A stretch of DNA of 64,000 nucleotides, taken from positions 1,716,497 to 1,780,496 of the forward strand of contig NC_081387.1 of NCBI RefSeq assembly GCF_030684315.1, in the 5' to 3' direction. The stretch is from Stegostoma tigrinum. Lineage: Eukaryota. A model generated the notes under the pieces. It saw only the letters and a list, made by a program, of their open reading frames with translations, had not been told where the DNA came from and did no database searches. Shown one piece after another: positions 1 through 13,240 of this stretch; the first letter of the stretch is position 1, and the number at the start of each line of letters is the position of its first letter. The translations under genes were made by a program, and so were the position numbers.

Positions 1-299
1 ACAGCGTGAACAGGCTTCCAGCTGGCATGGTGCGCGTGTAACAGGAGATTTTTTTGACAGAAACTGGAGCGGTGAGTTGGGAGCTTCTTTTTCTCGCAAG
101 GTCGGATATAAACCGGCACTACTAACGCCAAAGCATTGGTTAACCGGAAACTAGGTCTATTGCAATCATAAAACACAGGCAGGTAAATTCCAGCACTGTC
201 TGAATCCATATGCCTTCCATGAAATATCTTGTTAAAAACAAAAGTTCGAAAGTGAACCTTTCAGCGACTCAAAGAAAAACAATTCGGTCCAACGGGATA

Positions 300-514
300 A
301 TAAAATGTGAGGCTGGATGAACACAGCAGGCCAAGCAGCATCTCAGGAGCACAAAAGCTGACGTTTCGGGCCTAGACCCTTCATCCTCTCTGATGAAGGG
401 TCTAGGCCCGAAACGTCAGCTTTTGTGCTCCTGAGATGCTGCTTGGCCTGCTGTGTTCATCCAGCCTCACATTTTATTATCTTGGAATCTCCAGCATCTG
501 CAGTTCCCATTATC
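300..514 (+). mobile_element. Short fold-back (palindromic) insertion derived from a Penelope-like element terminus
   Basis: Perfect 90-bp inverted arms (296-385 and 392-481) around a 6-nt spacer, then a short tail. Flanked by the 16-bp direct repeat TCGGTCCAACGGGATA (284-299, 515-530). Sequence matches the 3' end of the Penelope-like element at about 21485-21617. Confidence 0.85.
388..420 (+). ncRNA. Minimal hammerhead ribozyme motif (Penelope type)
   Basis: CTGATGA (390-396), A, stem II GGGTC-TA-GGCCC, GAAA (410-413), CGTC giving a GUC cleavage triplet with palindromic ACGT in place of stem III. Stem I is only about 2 bp in this copy. Confidence 0.6.
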
Positions 515-675
515 TCGGTCCAACGGGATACGTTTAATTGACAGATTTCCAAATATGTGAAAATGGAAGAGAAATTGCTACTAACAAGGCTATTTCCAGC
601 ATTTTGTTATTAAACTTACAAAACCAAACTGTTATGGGGCCTCTCCATTTTTTCTACTCTTTGAAACAAAGTAAC

Positions 676-907
676 TGTAATATTTGTGAGGTCAGCCAGG
701 TGGATTTCATTGAATACGAGTTGCCTGATTAGGGCTGTTAACCTGTTCCAATCAAAGTGTCGTGGCAGACAGATATAAACAAGAATGTCGGAGGTTCCGC
801 ACCTTCTTGGAACCGGCTCTGGGCCAGCAGTCTCAGGGTCGGTCCTATGCACGTGTAAATAAAGAGTGACTTGGTGACGGGATACCGGCCTTCATGGTAT
901 TGATTCA
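676..907 (+). mobile_element. Probable solo LTR
   Basis: TG...CA termini, with CCAAT, TATA-like ATATAAA and AATAAA in the expected order. Flanks GTAAC and GTCGC form only an imperfect 5-bp TSD. Confidence 0.55.
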
Positions 908-1289
908 GTCGCTCTTCTTCAGAAACTACTGTGCAAATGAGAGCTACGTTACAAGAATCGCAGACCTCAAGGATGAAACCTAGCTGCTGGCCAATACGAA
1001 CAGAGAATACTGGATCAAATATAGCAAATATCCTTTAATGGCCACGAAATCTGAGCGCCAGAAAACAAAACACTGACGGTCTTCATGGCAGTAGATCTTA
1101 AACTGAGCCGCAGAAATTTACTTTCTCTCTCTATTTCAGGCCTGTGGTATATTTCACCTATGAGATAGGAATCCTGCTGCATAATTTTACAGAAAGGTGT
1201 GATCACATGAGAACAGTGTGAAAGAGTGACAACAATTAAAAAGAATATAGATTTCATTAATTGATCAGCATAATTCAATTGTTTGACTA

Positions 1290-1550
1290 TTAAACGTGTC
1301 ATGCGCGGTGTGGCTCAGCGAGTGCACAGGGCACGGCCGACAACAGTCTCAGCGAGAGCGCATGCGGCTCTCGTCAGGTTCGCGTCACAGCTTGGGGAGC
1401 ATCAGCGCGATCAGCGCCTGGACTTGTCACCACAGCAGATACGGTGGTTTCCTTTCCGCGGTGTATGGTGGAGACAACGGCCGCCGTTTCTCCTCGCGAG
1501 TCTATAAATGTTATGCTGCAAAATGACGCAAAATCACATACCTTCAGTGT
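1290..1550. promoter_or_regulatory. CpG-rich island-like segment
   Basis: Dense CpGs against a CpG-depleted background; TATAAA near 1503. No associated gene identified. Confidence 0.4.
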
Positions 1551-2549
1551 TAATGACGTTTCCCTTCTCCACTCATGTTCTCTGACCTGCTGAGTATTAC
1601 TGTGTTTTCTCAGATTCAATTCAAATTCTCAACATCTCAGTATTTTGATTTTATTTCTGGCAGGCATTTTTCACAGGCCCTGGTCCAGAAGCACAGACTG
1701 ATCGATTGGAAGTCGATTTGCACTTGGATGGCCTTTGAATACAAGGATACTCGGCGTTTATCGGAATTATTTATCAATTTGAGATGGATAGATGGATGTG
1801 GAGCTGCTGTGTTCAGCAGGTGGGGCTCTCCGCGGAGATTCGGATGGGCCGAATGGCCTCTGTCCGCACTGTAGTGCTTCGATGACCCTCTCAGATTCAA
1901 TTGACGATGAACTCGAGGTATATATTGTAGATATTTCTTCCATCTCCTGGGACTGTCAATGAACTTCCTGTCTACATACGTCTGCAGCTATCCTGCCGTC
2001 TCTTCGACGCAAACTCTCTTTAGCAACTGAGACACCTGCCAAGATCCAGTCTTTTCTGCTCAGTATATATTGTGCTTTTAGTCTCCCCCTTTACATTTCT
2101 TATTCATTCAAACGATACCTGGAAATAACAATTGATTTTCTCCTTTCGATGAAAAGTTTTGAAGTGAGTGGACCATTAGCTCGAAAAAGATCTTCTGTCC
2201 GGCAGTCCTGAGTTTGAATGCTGGAAGTAATGACGTATTACTGAGCTCTGAGTTCAATGATTCCAGGATTTGTGGGGGAAGCCCTCGAGTCCTATCTGTG
2301 GAATTCGCTATCAGAGGATATGAGTAGATTTTAAAAAATAAATTAATAATGTGTTTAGATTTTAAAGCGGTCAACGAATATGGATGGAAATTGAAATACG
2401 GTAAAGGGGACCAGTTGTGAACATACTGAATAGTGCAGCAGTATTGAATGGCTTTGTCCTGCATCTGGTTTCTATACTGTACACCTTCGCTTCGGACCGG
2501 AAGGTGGCATAGTGGTGACCACTGCTGCTTTGCCGAACCAGGTTCATTT

Positions 2550-2900
2550 GCAGAGATAGCAAGAACTGCAGACGCTGGAATCTGAGACAACACAGCGTGG
2601 AGCTGGAGGAACAAGCAGGGCAGGCATCATCAGAGGTGCTGGAAAGTTGACGTTTCAGGTCTGAAGAAGGTTCCCGATCCAAAACATAAAATTTCCTGCT
2701 CCTTTGACACTGCCTAACCTGCCGAGTTCCTCCAGCTCCACATTGTGCTGTCTCTGACTCCAGTATCTGCAGTTCTTGCTATCTCTGAGTGAATTATAAC
2801 CCCACTGAGAAGCCTTTTCCAAGGTTACCCACCCTGAAAACCCATTTCTGAAGAAGGGTCCCGACCCAAAACGTCAACTTACCTGCTCCTCTGATGCAGG
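2550..2900. mobile_element. Degenerate Penelope-terminus fold-back remnants
   Basis: Inverted copies of the AACTGCAGATGCTGGA.../...CCAGCATCTGCAGTT terminus. Hammerhead-like CTGAAGA-AGGGTCCCGACCC-AAAACGTC at 2848. Confidence 0.6.
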
Positions 2901-3719
2901 TTCAACTGTAGCTTTTGGGGACTGCCTCTGTGGAGTCCGTGCGCGTTTGCTTCTGTTTGCTCCCACAGTCCAAAGATGTGTAGGGCGTATGGCCTGGTAG
3001 TATGGGATTCTACGAAATAAGCTCACTAAAACCAAGAGATGACTTTCCTTGACCCTCCTTCGTGAGTGAGCTTGTGTGGTTGAATTTCGCAAAGTGGTGA
3101 ATCATAAAGTTGTTTTCGAATTCATGTAGCTGCAGTAGACCAGGCAAGAACATATGAGTGAGCTGTTGAAGAAATGGAAAGAATTGTCTTTGCCCAGATG
3201 TTCGCATTTGGTTGGTTATCAGATGAAATGCAGAAAGAGCCAGGCAATTTCACGACTCCAGTCTTTTACAGATAGCAGCTTTTGGAGGAAACAACCTTCT
3301 ATTGCAACAATTCTTAAATCTTTTTATCACACATAAGTCAGAGGAGAGTGTCAGTACCATTCCCATTACCACAAATGTTGCACTTGAGTATCCTGTATTT
3401 GAGCACTTTGCAAGCTTCAATGCAGCCGAAGTGCAATGGGATAGCCTCATCTTGGGAGATCAAACATTGTTTCTCATACTTCAGTCATGAAGTTTGGAAA
3501 TAAAAACATTCCAAGAAAAAGTTTCAAAATGAAATTTGAAAGACATGCAAGAAAAAAAAACAAAAACAATGACTTGTAATAGTTTCGTATTTAGCAAATT
3601 ATACTTAGCATTAGCAAATTATATTTAGCAAATGTACTCAATGTCAGGTACACAGCCTGCAGGAAAACAATCCAAATTGGTCAACTGATATAAAGTTTTC
3701 TGGGTATGTTTCACTTTAT

Positions 3720-3965
3720 GGAGCCTCATTACTTTTTCTATGCTCTTGATTTACCACACACATTTTTGGAGGAACACATTTTCCAGTACCTTGGTCCCAA
3801 ACTTTAGTATTTCCCTCAGCACATAGTCCGAGAACTTGGAATTTGACAGTTTCACAACACTCTGTTAAGGCCAACTCCTTGCATTGAAAGACCACTACAT
3901 TTCAGACAGACAACAGAGTCTCATTCACTAAGTCAATAATCTGCCAAGTATATTTTTTGTAGGTC
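3720..3965 (-). mobile_element. Possible L1/Tx1-clade LINE 3' fragment
   Basis: Minus-strand translation WQIIDLVNETLLSV*NVVVFQCKELALTECC resembles my recollection of the ORF2 C-terminus of Tx1-like elements; not verified. Confidence 0.4.
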
Positions 3966-4189
3966 ACTCAACTTTTTTTTTTGCAAACCTTATTCAAAAA
4001 TTATTGACAAATACAGTAAAACAGTTCATTGCAGGAAGTACTGAGCAATCATGGCATTCCTCATTTAGGGCATCAATTCAAGTGCAAGAAGGGTAACCAC
4101 TACCAAACATGACAAAAATATTCCCAACACCCCCAAACCACACCCCCACCTCCCCACGCATGGAAACACATCAAGGGATGCACTTCCAC

Positions 4190-6610
4190 CCAAGGAAGGT
4201 CAATGATGAAGCATCTAAACTTGGTTAGGCCTAGGGCATTATCCTGAGGAATTCTGGCAGGAGGTGAGATGACTAACTGCCAATAACCAAATCATCTTCC
4301 TACATGCCAGGTAAGACTCTAACTAGCGGAGCATTTGCCCCCAATTTTTATTGGCTCCTTGATGCCACACAGTCAAATGTGGCATTGATTTCAAAGACAA
4401 TCAGTCTCACCTTAATTCTGGAATTCAGATCTTTGGCCCATGTTTTGACCATATGCTGTAATGGTGTCAGGAAATGAGTAGCCCTGGCAGAACCCAAACT
4501 GGACATCACTAAGCAGATTATTGCTAAGCAGGTGCTGCTTGATTATACAGTTGTTGACATCTTCCATCACTTTACTGATGATTGAGAGCAGACTGGTGGG
4601 ACAGTAATTCACTGGGTTACATTTGCTCTTCTTTTTGTGTACAGGACATATCTGGGCAATTTTCCACATCGTTGGGTGAATGTAACTGGAAGAGCATTGT
4701 AACCGGAAGAGCTTGGTGAGGGGGCCAGCAAGTTCTGAAACACAAATCTTTAGCATTATTGTCAGAGTGGATTTGGGGCCCCTGGACCTTGCAGTATCCC
4801 CTGCCTCCAATTAAAAGAATGAATCAAATTGGTTGAAGACTGGTATTTGTCATGCTCAAACCACTGGAGGAGACCAAGATGAATCATCCACTTGGCACCA
4901 GTGGCTGATGATTGCTGCCAAGTGTTTCAGCCTTACCTAATGCACTGATGCATTGTGATTTGGACATTTGTGGAGACTCCTCCTCCAGTGGTTGTTCAAC
5001 TGTCCACCACAATTCATGAATCGATATGACAGGACTGCAGAACTTTCATGTGATCTATTGGTAGGAGGATCACTTAGTTCCACCAATCACTTGATGCTTA
5101 TACTGCTTAGCATGTAAATAGTCCTGTTTGGTCAGTTTACCAGCTTGACTACTCATTTTTAGGTCTGCATCATGCTGCTATTGCATACTTTGCTGCATTC
5201 TCCCTTCCAAACACTGTACCACCTCTGCTGGGCCTGTTCCTGCTGGTGGTAAAGGAAATATCCAGGTATGGTGATTGTTGTGTTTGGGACATTGTCTGTC
5301 AGATATGATTCCGTAAATATGGCTATGTTAATCTGTTACTTGAATACTCTCCCACTTTTGGCACCAGACCCCAAATGTTAGTAAAGAGGAGTTTGCAGGA
5401 TCAACAGGGCAGGGATGATTCCCAGGCTTGATGGTAATGGCTGAATGAGGGACATGCAAGGCCATGAGGTAAAACATTGTGCTTGAGTAAAATTCTGTTG
5501 CCGTTGGTGGTCCACGGTGTCTAATGGAGTTATTAGACCTGTTTGAAGTCTGTCCCATTTAACATTGTGATGGTGTCACATACATTCTTAATGTGAAGAT
5601 GGGATCGCATCAAAACAGCCACAAAAACTGTGCAGTAGTCACTCTTACTGGTATTGTCATGGACAGATGTATCTCCATACAGATTTGTAAGAATGAGGTC
5701 AAGTATATTTTTCCCTCCTTGGTTCACTCAACACATTACACACTCAGTTCTGGCAGTTATGTTGTTTAGTGCCTGACCAGCTTGATTAATAACACTACTG
5801 CTGAGCCACACTTGTTTGTTGACATTGACAATCCTCTCATTTTGTGTCTTTGCCACCCTCATTTCTTCCTCCAAGTGTTGTTCAACTTGGAGGACTACTG
5901 ATTCATGAGATGAGGGATGATGGAAAATATTAATCAGAAGGTTTCCTTGCCCATTTTTAACCTAAAGCCATGAAATTTCTTAGGGTCAGGTAGCAAGGTT
6001 GAGGCCTCCCAGAAAAATTCCCTTCCAAGTGAACCACTGTGCCACTGCCTCTGCTGGGCCTGTCCTGCCGGTGGTAAAGGAAATACACAGCTTTGGTGAT
6101 TTTGTGTTTGGGTCATAGCCATATTCATGAAATTACAAGTGACAGGCACTGTTAATCTGTTGCTTGAGTACTCTGGTAGACAGATTTTCCACTTTTGGCA
6201 CCAGACACCAAATGCTAGTAAAGAGGAGCTTGCAGGATCAACAGGACTGTTTATGTCATTGATCTAGGTTCTTGCCAGATGATTCAACTGGTTTCATTCT
6301 TTTTGAAGACTTCATTGTGATTGATACAACTGAGTAGCTTGCTAGGCCATTTCAGAGGGCAACTTGAGTCAGCTGGGGGTCTGGAATCATATGTAGGCCA
6401 GACCAGGTAAGGATGGCAGATTTCCTTCCCTGAAGGACATCAGTGAGCTTTCGAACAAGCGACAGTGGTCTCATAGTCATCAGTAGATTCTTAATTCCAG
6501 ATTTCTTTTATTGAATTCAAATTCTGCTATGGCATTATTCAAAGCCCAGTCTGTACAATATTAACCAAGTTTCTGGATTACCAATCTGGTGCTAATACCA
6601 CTAGGTGATC
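4190..6610 (-). mobile_element. Degenerate non-LTR retrotransposon (CR1/L2 superfamily) with SINE-like 5' head
   Basis: RT remnants WKIAQICPVHKK...NYCPTSLLSIISKVME...QFGF (ORF 4412-4810) and endonuclease remnant ILDLILTN (5533-5727). Segment 6320-6610 matches the SINEs at 25533 and 32685. Confidence 0.8.
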
Positions 6611-7169
6611 AATGAATAAAGACCTGACTTTAAATGTCCAGTTATTCACTACCAGGCTATCTGATATTGACAGACAAAATTGATACATACAACTGGGGAT
6701 TACTGGTCACAGAGACATTATGTTCTTGAAGAAATGTCTACAACATGTGAGCATAAGGATGATAATTTCATCATTGAAAATCAGAGCACTTCCTCAGACA
6801 GCATTGACAGTTTCAGGGATTACAAAAATGGCCATATTCTAGGATAGAAAATTACCTGGGTGAAGGAACATCGATGCACGAGTTGATGTTCACTGCAAGC
6901 ATGAGAAGATTTATGGATCACATGGAAATGTACAGAATGATAGGCAAGGCTGTGTCTTGCCTAGTGTGGTTGAAAGAGTTCTCCCAGTCAGTAACTGAGC
7001 CCAAAGACTATCCTTCAGAGGGCAAATGCCAGTCCATCAGACATTAGAGAATTCAGCTCTTTCACTGCCTGTACCTCACCAGGTGCCAGACAAAAATCAG
7101 ACAACGCAGTTCATTTATTTCCCGTCATCAACTTCTAACATTTAAGTCATTCAAACAGAACATAAAAAT

Positions 7170-8510
7170 CTGAAAAAAAGGCAGGGTTATCTAAATGTAA
7201 ACAACCTCTCCTTCAACTTCTCTCATTTTCTTCAAATCAAAATGCTCCAATCCTACTCCTGTGCTTTCACACAACTTTCTCCATAACATCAACATCATCC
7301 TTCTATCATCCAGAAGTGGAAAAATTCACCAACTTTGCTTCCATTTTTCACCCTGCTGTCATCTTCACCTGGGCCATCTCAGACACCTGCCTTCCCTCCT
7401 TGACATCCATTTCCACTTCTAGCAAAGAGGCTGAGCACCAATATACACTACAAACCCAACTCCCACAGTTACCTTGACTGTATCTTTTCACACTTTCCAT
7501 AGGAGATACCTCAGAAATGTCTACCTTTTCCCTCAAATCTAGGATTCTACATCACTGTAGTTGACAGGGCTGCAGCAGCATGCCATCCAATTCCCACTTT
7601 TTTTCTATTCACTCCCTGAACACCGATAGGGTCACCCTGGTCTTCAGCTTCCACTCTGCTAGAATTGATGTCCCGAGCATCATAAGCCACCATTTCTGCC
7701 GCGTCCAATGAAATGTGACCACTAACCTCTAGCCTGACTTGTCAGCTTTCCACAGGGACTGTTCCCTCTGGGACACGTTGGTCCATTACTGCCCCACTCA
7801 TAACATCTCTCCACACCACCATGGCACCTTCCCATGCGATCACAGAAGGTATATTGCCTTGCCATTTACTTCCTCCCTCCTCACTCTCAAGGCCCCAGGC
7901 ACACATTAGAGAAAAAGCAGCAACTTGGCTGCACTTCTACAATCTAGTCATTTGTATTTCCTGTTCAGAGCATTGTGTTATATCTCCCCACTGTAGGGGA
8001 AACAATCTGGGCAATGTTTTGTGGAACATCTATGCTTTTGCCTGCAAAAATGACCCTGGACTTCTGTAGGCCTGCTACTTCAAATAGCCGTCGGGTTCTC
8101 TGATCAACATCTCTGCCTCAGGCTTACTACAGTAAGCCAGTCGGCTCAGCACAATCTGAAAGAACAGCATCCTGTTTTCATCTTGGGGATGTGGCAGCCT
8201 TCAAGACTCAACATTCAGTTCAATACTTTTGAAGCCTGACCATTTTTTTCCATGTCCTTCATCCATGCCCACAACACTGACCCTGTCATCACAGCCAACT
8301 CATTTTCACCAACTAGTGGTCTTTGTAACTGACTCCCCCACGCCTACCCCGCACCCCTCATCTTTTTCAGAATGCATACCACTGTTTCCAAGCTATAAAT
8401 CAGAAGAATCACAAACCAAAATGTTGGTGATTTTTTGGCCACAAATGCTTTTCTACATTTTTTTTGTTTTTGTTTCAGATTTCCAGCACCTACCATTCCT
8501 TTTGTTTTTA
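7170..8510 (+). mobile_element. Old degenerate Penelope-like element
   Basis: Collinear DNA similarity to 20200-21617 (e.g. TTCACCTGGGCCATCTC, GGCACCTTCCC) and a terminal fold-back remnant at about 8400-8500. Confidence 0.7.
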
Positions 8511-9689
8511 AGTGACTTGAATCCACCCTGAATAACCCAGTGAATCACATAGGAGCTGTTGGTGTCGCTCTTCCTCATCTAAGGCTCAAGGTGGAACGGC
8601 AGAAGTTGCACCCATACTGTGGGGGAAGTGGGAAGGGTAGTCAATACCTGGTCATGGTACATTAATTCCTAGAATTTGAAAAACAACCTGTCAAACCATG
8701 AAATCCCGCTTTTTGAATAAGGGCCCTGAGCAGTAGCTTCTTAATTGGATATGGTTGCATCTCTTCAGCATTTCTGTTGGGCAGTTTCCCAGCATCCCCT
8801 CCATCTGCTGTTTACCTGTTTCATACTGACTGTTTGCATTCTGAACAGTTAAAATATCAAGAAGTGAGTTAGGCTGGTTAATACCCGGTGGGACCAATCC
8901 CTTCCCTGTCACTCAAACTATTCAGGGAGGTGCCTGGACCAATCTGAACAGAGGTGTCTCAGAATTAAACGAGATCCAACATCCAACAACAGCTGGCTCT
9001 GTGGTGGCCATACACTAGAACCAGAATGAAGACCAATGAGCCACTCAGCTTCCTCACTGCTTACTGAACTTGCACGCTCACTGTCTGGGCTCCTTGTGCA
9101 AGTGCATTTCTGAACAGCAGCATTTAAATGTTTACCTTTAGAACAGGAGATTTTTTTTTCTATTTTGCTCTACTCATTCAAAACAGAATGCATCTGTCCT
9201 AAGCTCCAAGGTTTTTAAGCATCAATACTTCGGTGTATATTTGACACATATCGTGAGAGATAATTTGCATTCTACACCTTATGCTGGCAGATACTTAATT
9301 GCTTAACCATCAATAATGTGAAAGCACAAGTGAATGCTTACTTGATCCCTTTACAGTCTACACCATGAAGAGGAATCCTGTCTGACTCCTCATTTACACA
9401 ATGCACATTTCAGAAACACAGCCAATATAAATAATCTGCTCTTTTACCTCAATGTTTCATTAAGTGATACAGCAGAATGACTAATACAATCAATACAACT
9501 CCCTCATTTCAGATCAGAATTAAAACCAAACCTCTTCCATGGGGATTTACTCCCATTTTTAAAAACACTGTCATATGCGAGTGGTATCAGTTACACCGGC
9601 ATTTCTTTCTCCTGAAAAGGGAATGTTCAGCAGACTCCTTGAAACACTACATTCCTTGTAGAGGACACTAAAGATTACACAATCAGCAT

Positions 9690-10990
9690 CCCATTTCTGC
9701 TCTTATGGTGGAGGCAAAGTCACTGATGAAACAGCTGAAGATGGAGCCTAGGTTTCTAGCCTAAGGAACTCCTGCAGAAATGTAATCGAGTTTAGAAGAT
9801 GGACACCAAATGACGACAATCACCAATTTTTGTACCAGGTATGACTCTGACCAGACAAATTTCACCGAATCCCATTGATTTCCAGGCTCCTTTATGTTAT
9901 GCTCAGGCAAATATGGCCTAGATATCAGTCAGCCAGTACTGCAGCACTCCTAGTTTCTGACCTGCTCCTGTAGCCACTCTGCTTGGGTGGTGACTCCAAT
10001 TAAGTTTCTGGTGAATGGCAATCACCAGGATTTTGATCATGGGGCATTCAATGAGAGTAATATCTTTGAATGTCAAGGACAGTGGTTAGATCATTTCATG
10101 TTGGAGATGGTCACTTCCCGATATCCGGACGGTGCAAATGTTGCTTGCCATTTGTATGCCCAAGCCAGGATATTGTCCAGATCTTCTGGTGTTTGGACAT
10201 GGATTTCTTCAGTATTTGAAAAATTGCACATGATGCTGAACATCATACAATCAATTGAATACAATCCTTACTTCTAACCTTATGATGCTGCAGAATATGA
10301 TTGCACCTAGGACATGACCCTGAGGATCTCCTGCAGAAATGTCCTGGAGCTGATCTGACTGATCTCCAACAATCACAACCGTCTTCCTCTATGACAGGTA
10401 TGATTCCAATCAGTGGAGGGCTTGTCCCACAATACTCATTGGCTCCCACTGATTCCAGTACAGTTGGGTTCCTTGATGCCGCACTCGAATCAAATGCAGC
10501 CTTGACATCCAGGTTGTTGATCTCAACTCACCTCTGGTATTCAGTTCTTTTGCCCATATTTGCAAAGTTCTCATGAAGTCAAGAGTTGAGTGGCTCTAGT
10601 GAAACCCAAAGTATGCATCACCGAGCAGGTTATTTCTAAGCGAGTGCTTGGTAGTACCATTGATGACACTGTTTATCACTTCAATAATGGAATAAACTGA
10701 TAGAACAATAGGATAGACGTCGTCCTGATTTGTGTGTACAGGATATAGCAGGGAAATTTTCTACACTGTCAGTGGTGTAGCTGCACTGAACTTTTACAAG
10801 AAACAGCAAGTATTGGAGCATAAGTCTCCAGCATTATTACTAGAATCTTATCAAGGTTCACAGGCTTGGTGGTATCCAGTGATGCCAAATGTTTGTTGAT
10901 ACCATGTGGATTGATTCAAGTTGCCTGAAGACTGGCATCTGTGATGCTGGAAACCTCTGCAGTAGGCAAATGCTTCAGCTTTATGTGCAA
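9690..10990 (-). mobile_element. Fragments of the same CR1/L2-type LINE family as 4190-6320
   Basis: Collinear similarity to 4190-4940 and 34300-34870. Confidence 0.65.
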
Positions 10991-11264
10991 TGTGTCTCTA
11001 ATCACCATTAATTTCTGTAATTCAGTTTAAAAAAAACTTTGCTTGTAAAATCCCTTTCTTCATCACAATCTCTATATATGGATACTGCTCACTAGTAGCC
11101 CACCTCATGCTGGCTTGGACTGCTTTGGCCAAATGACTTGTTTCTATGCCATATACCGGACCTGTGGCAGTGTTGGCTGCAGTTCAACAAGGAGACTGAA
11201 CTGCTTCAGCAATATCCACTTTCACCTGAGTATCATAGTCTGGAACGATGGATTGTGATAAGAC

Positions 11265-12120
11265 CATAAGGACGAGGAACAGGATTATGACAGTCAGCAC
11301 CTCGAAACTACTCCAACATTCAACTGGTTCATGGCTGACCTGACATTCCTCAAGTCCATTTTACTGTCTTTTCCCCATATCCCCACACGGATTGAGAATG
11401 TACCTAACTCAGCCTTAAATATATACAAGAGCTCTGTCCCCACAGCTGCAAATGGTAAGGAATTCCAAAGACTCTCAGCCCTCTGAGAAAGGAAGCCATA
11501 CTCATTTCAGTATTAAATCTTCCGTTCTGAAACTGTGCCCATTGGCCCTAGACTGACCCATGAGTGGCAACATCCTCTCCGCATTTATCCTGTCAAGCCC
11601 CCTTAACAAACATATCTATTTCAATGAGATCATCATTCACTCTTCTAAACTCCAGTCAGTAGTATCTCAACATGTTTAGCCTTTGCCTACGAAGAAACCC
11701 CTCTACACTCATCATTACATTTGTTAACGTTCTATGAACTGCCTTCAATGAAACTGTCTTTCCTTACATAAGGAGTCCGAAACTGTTCGCAGTACTCTAG
11801 GTGTGGTCCCATTAGCACCTCATTCAGTTGCAGTCTTGCCTACTCTTCCTTTAACATCTTTGAAATAAGGGCCAACATTCCATTACCTTTCTTGCTGCAC
11901 TTGTGTCCTAGCTTAGTGTCAGTGCACAAGAAACACCAAGTCCTTTTATGTTGCTGCTTCCTGATGTTTTTCTCCATTTAGATAATTTTGATCTCCCTTC
12001 CAAGATGAACTTGGCATTTTCCCTCATTCTCCATTTGCCAGCTTCAATAACATATCAATATCTTGCAACTTGCCATTCCACCTACTTTTGTGTCATCTGT
12101 AAATTTGGATTTAGTACATT
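11265..12120 (-). mobile_element. Old CR1 3' fragment
   Basis: SKFTDDTKVGG remnant in ORF 12044-12358; ATAAGACCATAAG-type tail near 11260. Confidence 0.6.
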
Positions 12121-12687
12121 GATTTGGAGGAGGGAAGTCATTGTGCGAGATAATCTGGTTTATTTTCATTATATGAGCAAGAGCCTCTACGGCTCTTCCC
12201 ATGTACCATTCCTGTGTGTTGAACGGGTTTACAGGTTGATTCTCCATCTGTTTGACATCATGCATACAATCCGATTTTGTCAAGCCTTGGAGTGCGAGAC
12301 TCCATGCTGGAGTTTCTGACTCGGACGTCACTATCCATTGCATTACCAGACCATGCATATAATCCTATGTTTATTGTTTTAGCCCCAGCCAAATATTTGA
12401 CTTAGCCACATGGTCAACTGCTCTCATAGAACAGGCATATGGTTGTGGTGAACCAGAGCTGATAAAAAATGGGCTAATGTGATCTCACGATGTTACATTT
12501 GTCCTTCAGGTAAGGCACTTTGTGGGAAAATGGGTGAGTGCTTGAATGAGAATTGTGCTGCAGATACACACATCACTGAGCGTTACATCAATTAAGGACA
12601 TTGGTTATGGCTGGCCACAGTTTGAACTTCTTGGTTGATATTCATTTACAGAGGTGTGACATTTAAAGCCAAAGCAGAAGGCAGACA

Positions 12688-13240
12688 GGCAATGTTATGG
12701 TACTATCACTGGGCCAGTGGTCCGAAGTGTCAGGATATGCTCTGGGGAAATGGGCCAACATCCCACCGTGGCAGTCTGTGAGTTTAGAATTCAATGTCTA
12801 CCTTTGAATTATGAAGCTAGTCACAGTAATGAAGTTTCCATAGATTTACCAGGCCATAGGAGGACTCTCATTAGAGTGACCACTGGAGGTGACCTGAGGG
12901 TTACCACACCTCAGTTGAATGGAGAGGTTGAGAAGGAGAGTCGTTCATAGTAACTTCACCTGGTGCAGGAATAGAACCCAAGCTGTTGGCACCATTCTGC
13001 ATTACAAATATGCCATCCAGCCAACTTAGTTAATCAATCCACATTTGCAGTCAGACTGGCAATGATGAAAATATATCTGGATCACTAATGGAAATCTGTT
13101 GTTACCACCTGGTCTGGGCTACACATGATGCCAGACTCACTGCAATGTGGTTGACTTTTAAGGGAGCTGAAGAGGGAGGAGGATGGACAACAAATACAGG
13201 CCTTTCCTATGACACCCACATCCCATCAAGAGAAAAATAG
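12688..13240 (+). mobile_element. Degenerate tRNA-derived (Deu/SacSINE1-like) SINE, interrupted
   Basis: Head and core similar to 32685-33025. Confidence 0.5.

Noticed and set aside
1890-2614. 168-aa minus-strand ORF and exon-like segment at about 2118-2310
   Set aside because: The N-terminal part is repeat-derived, no domain is recognisable and no partner exons were found.
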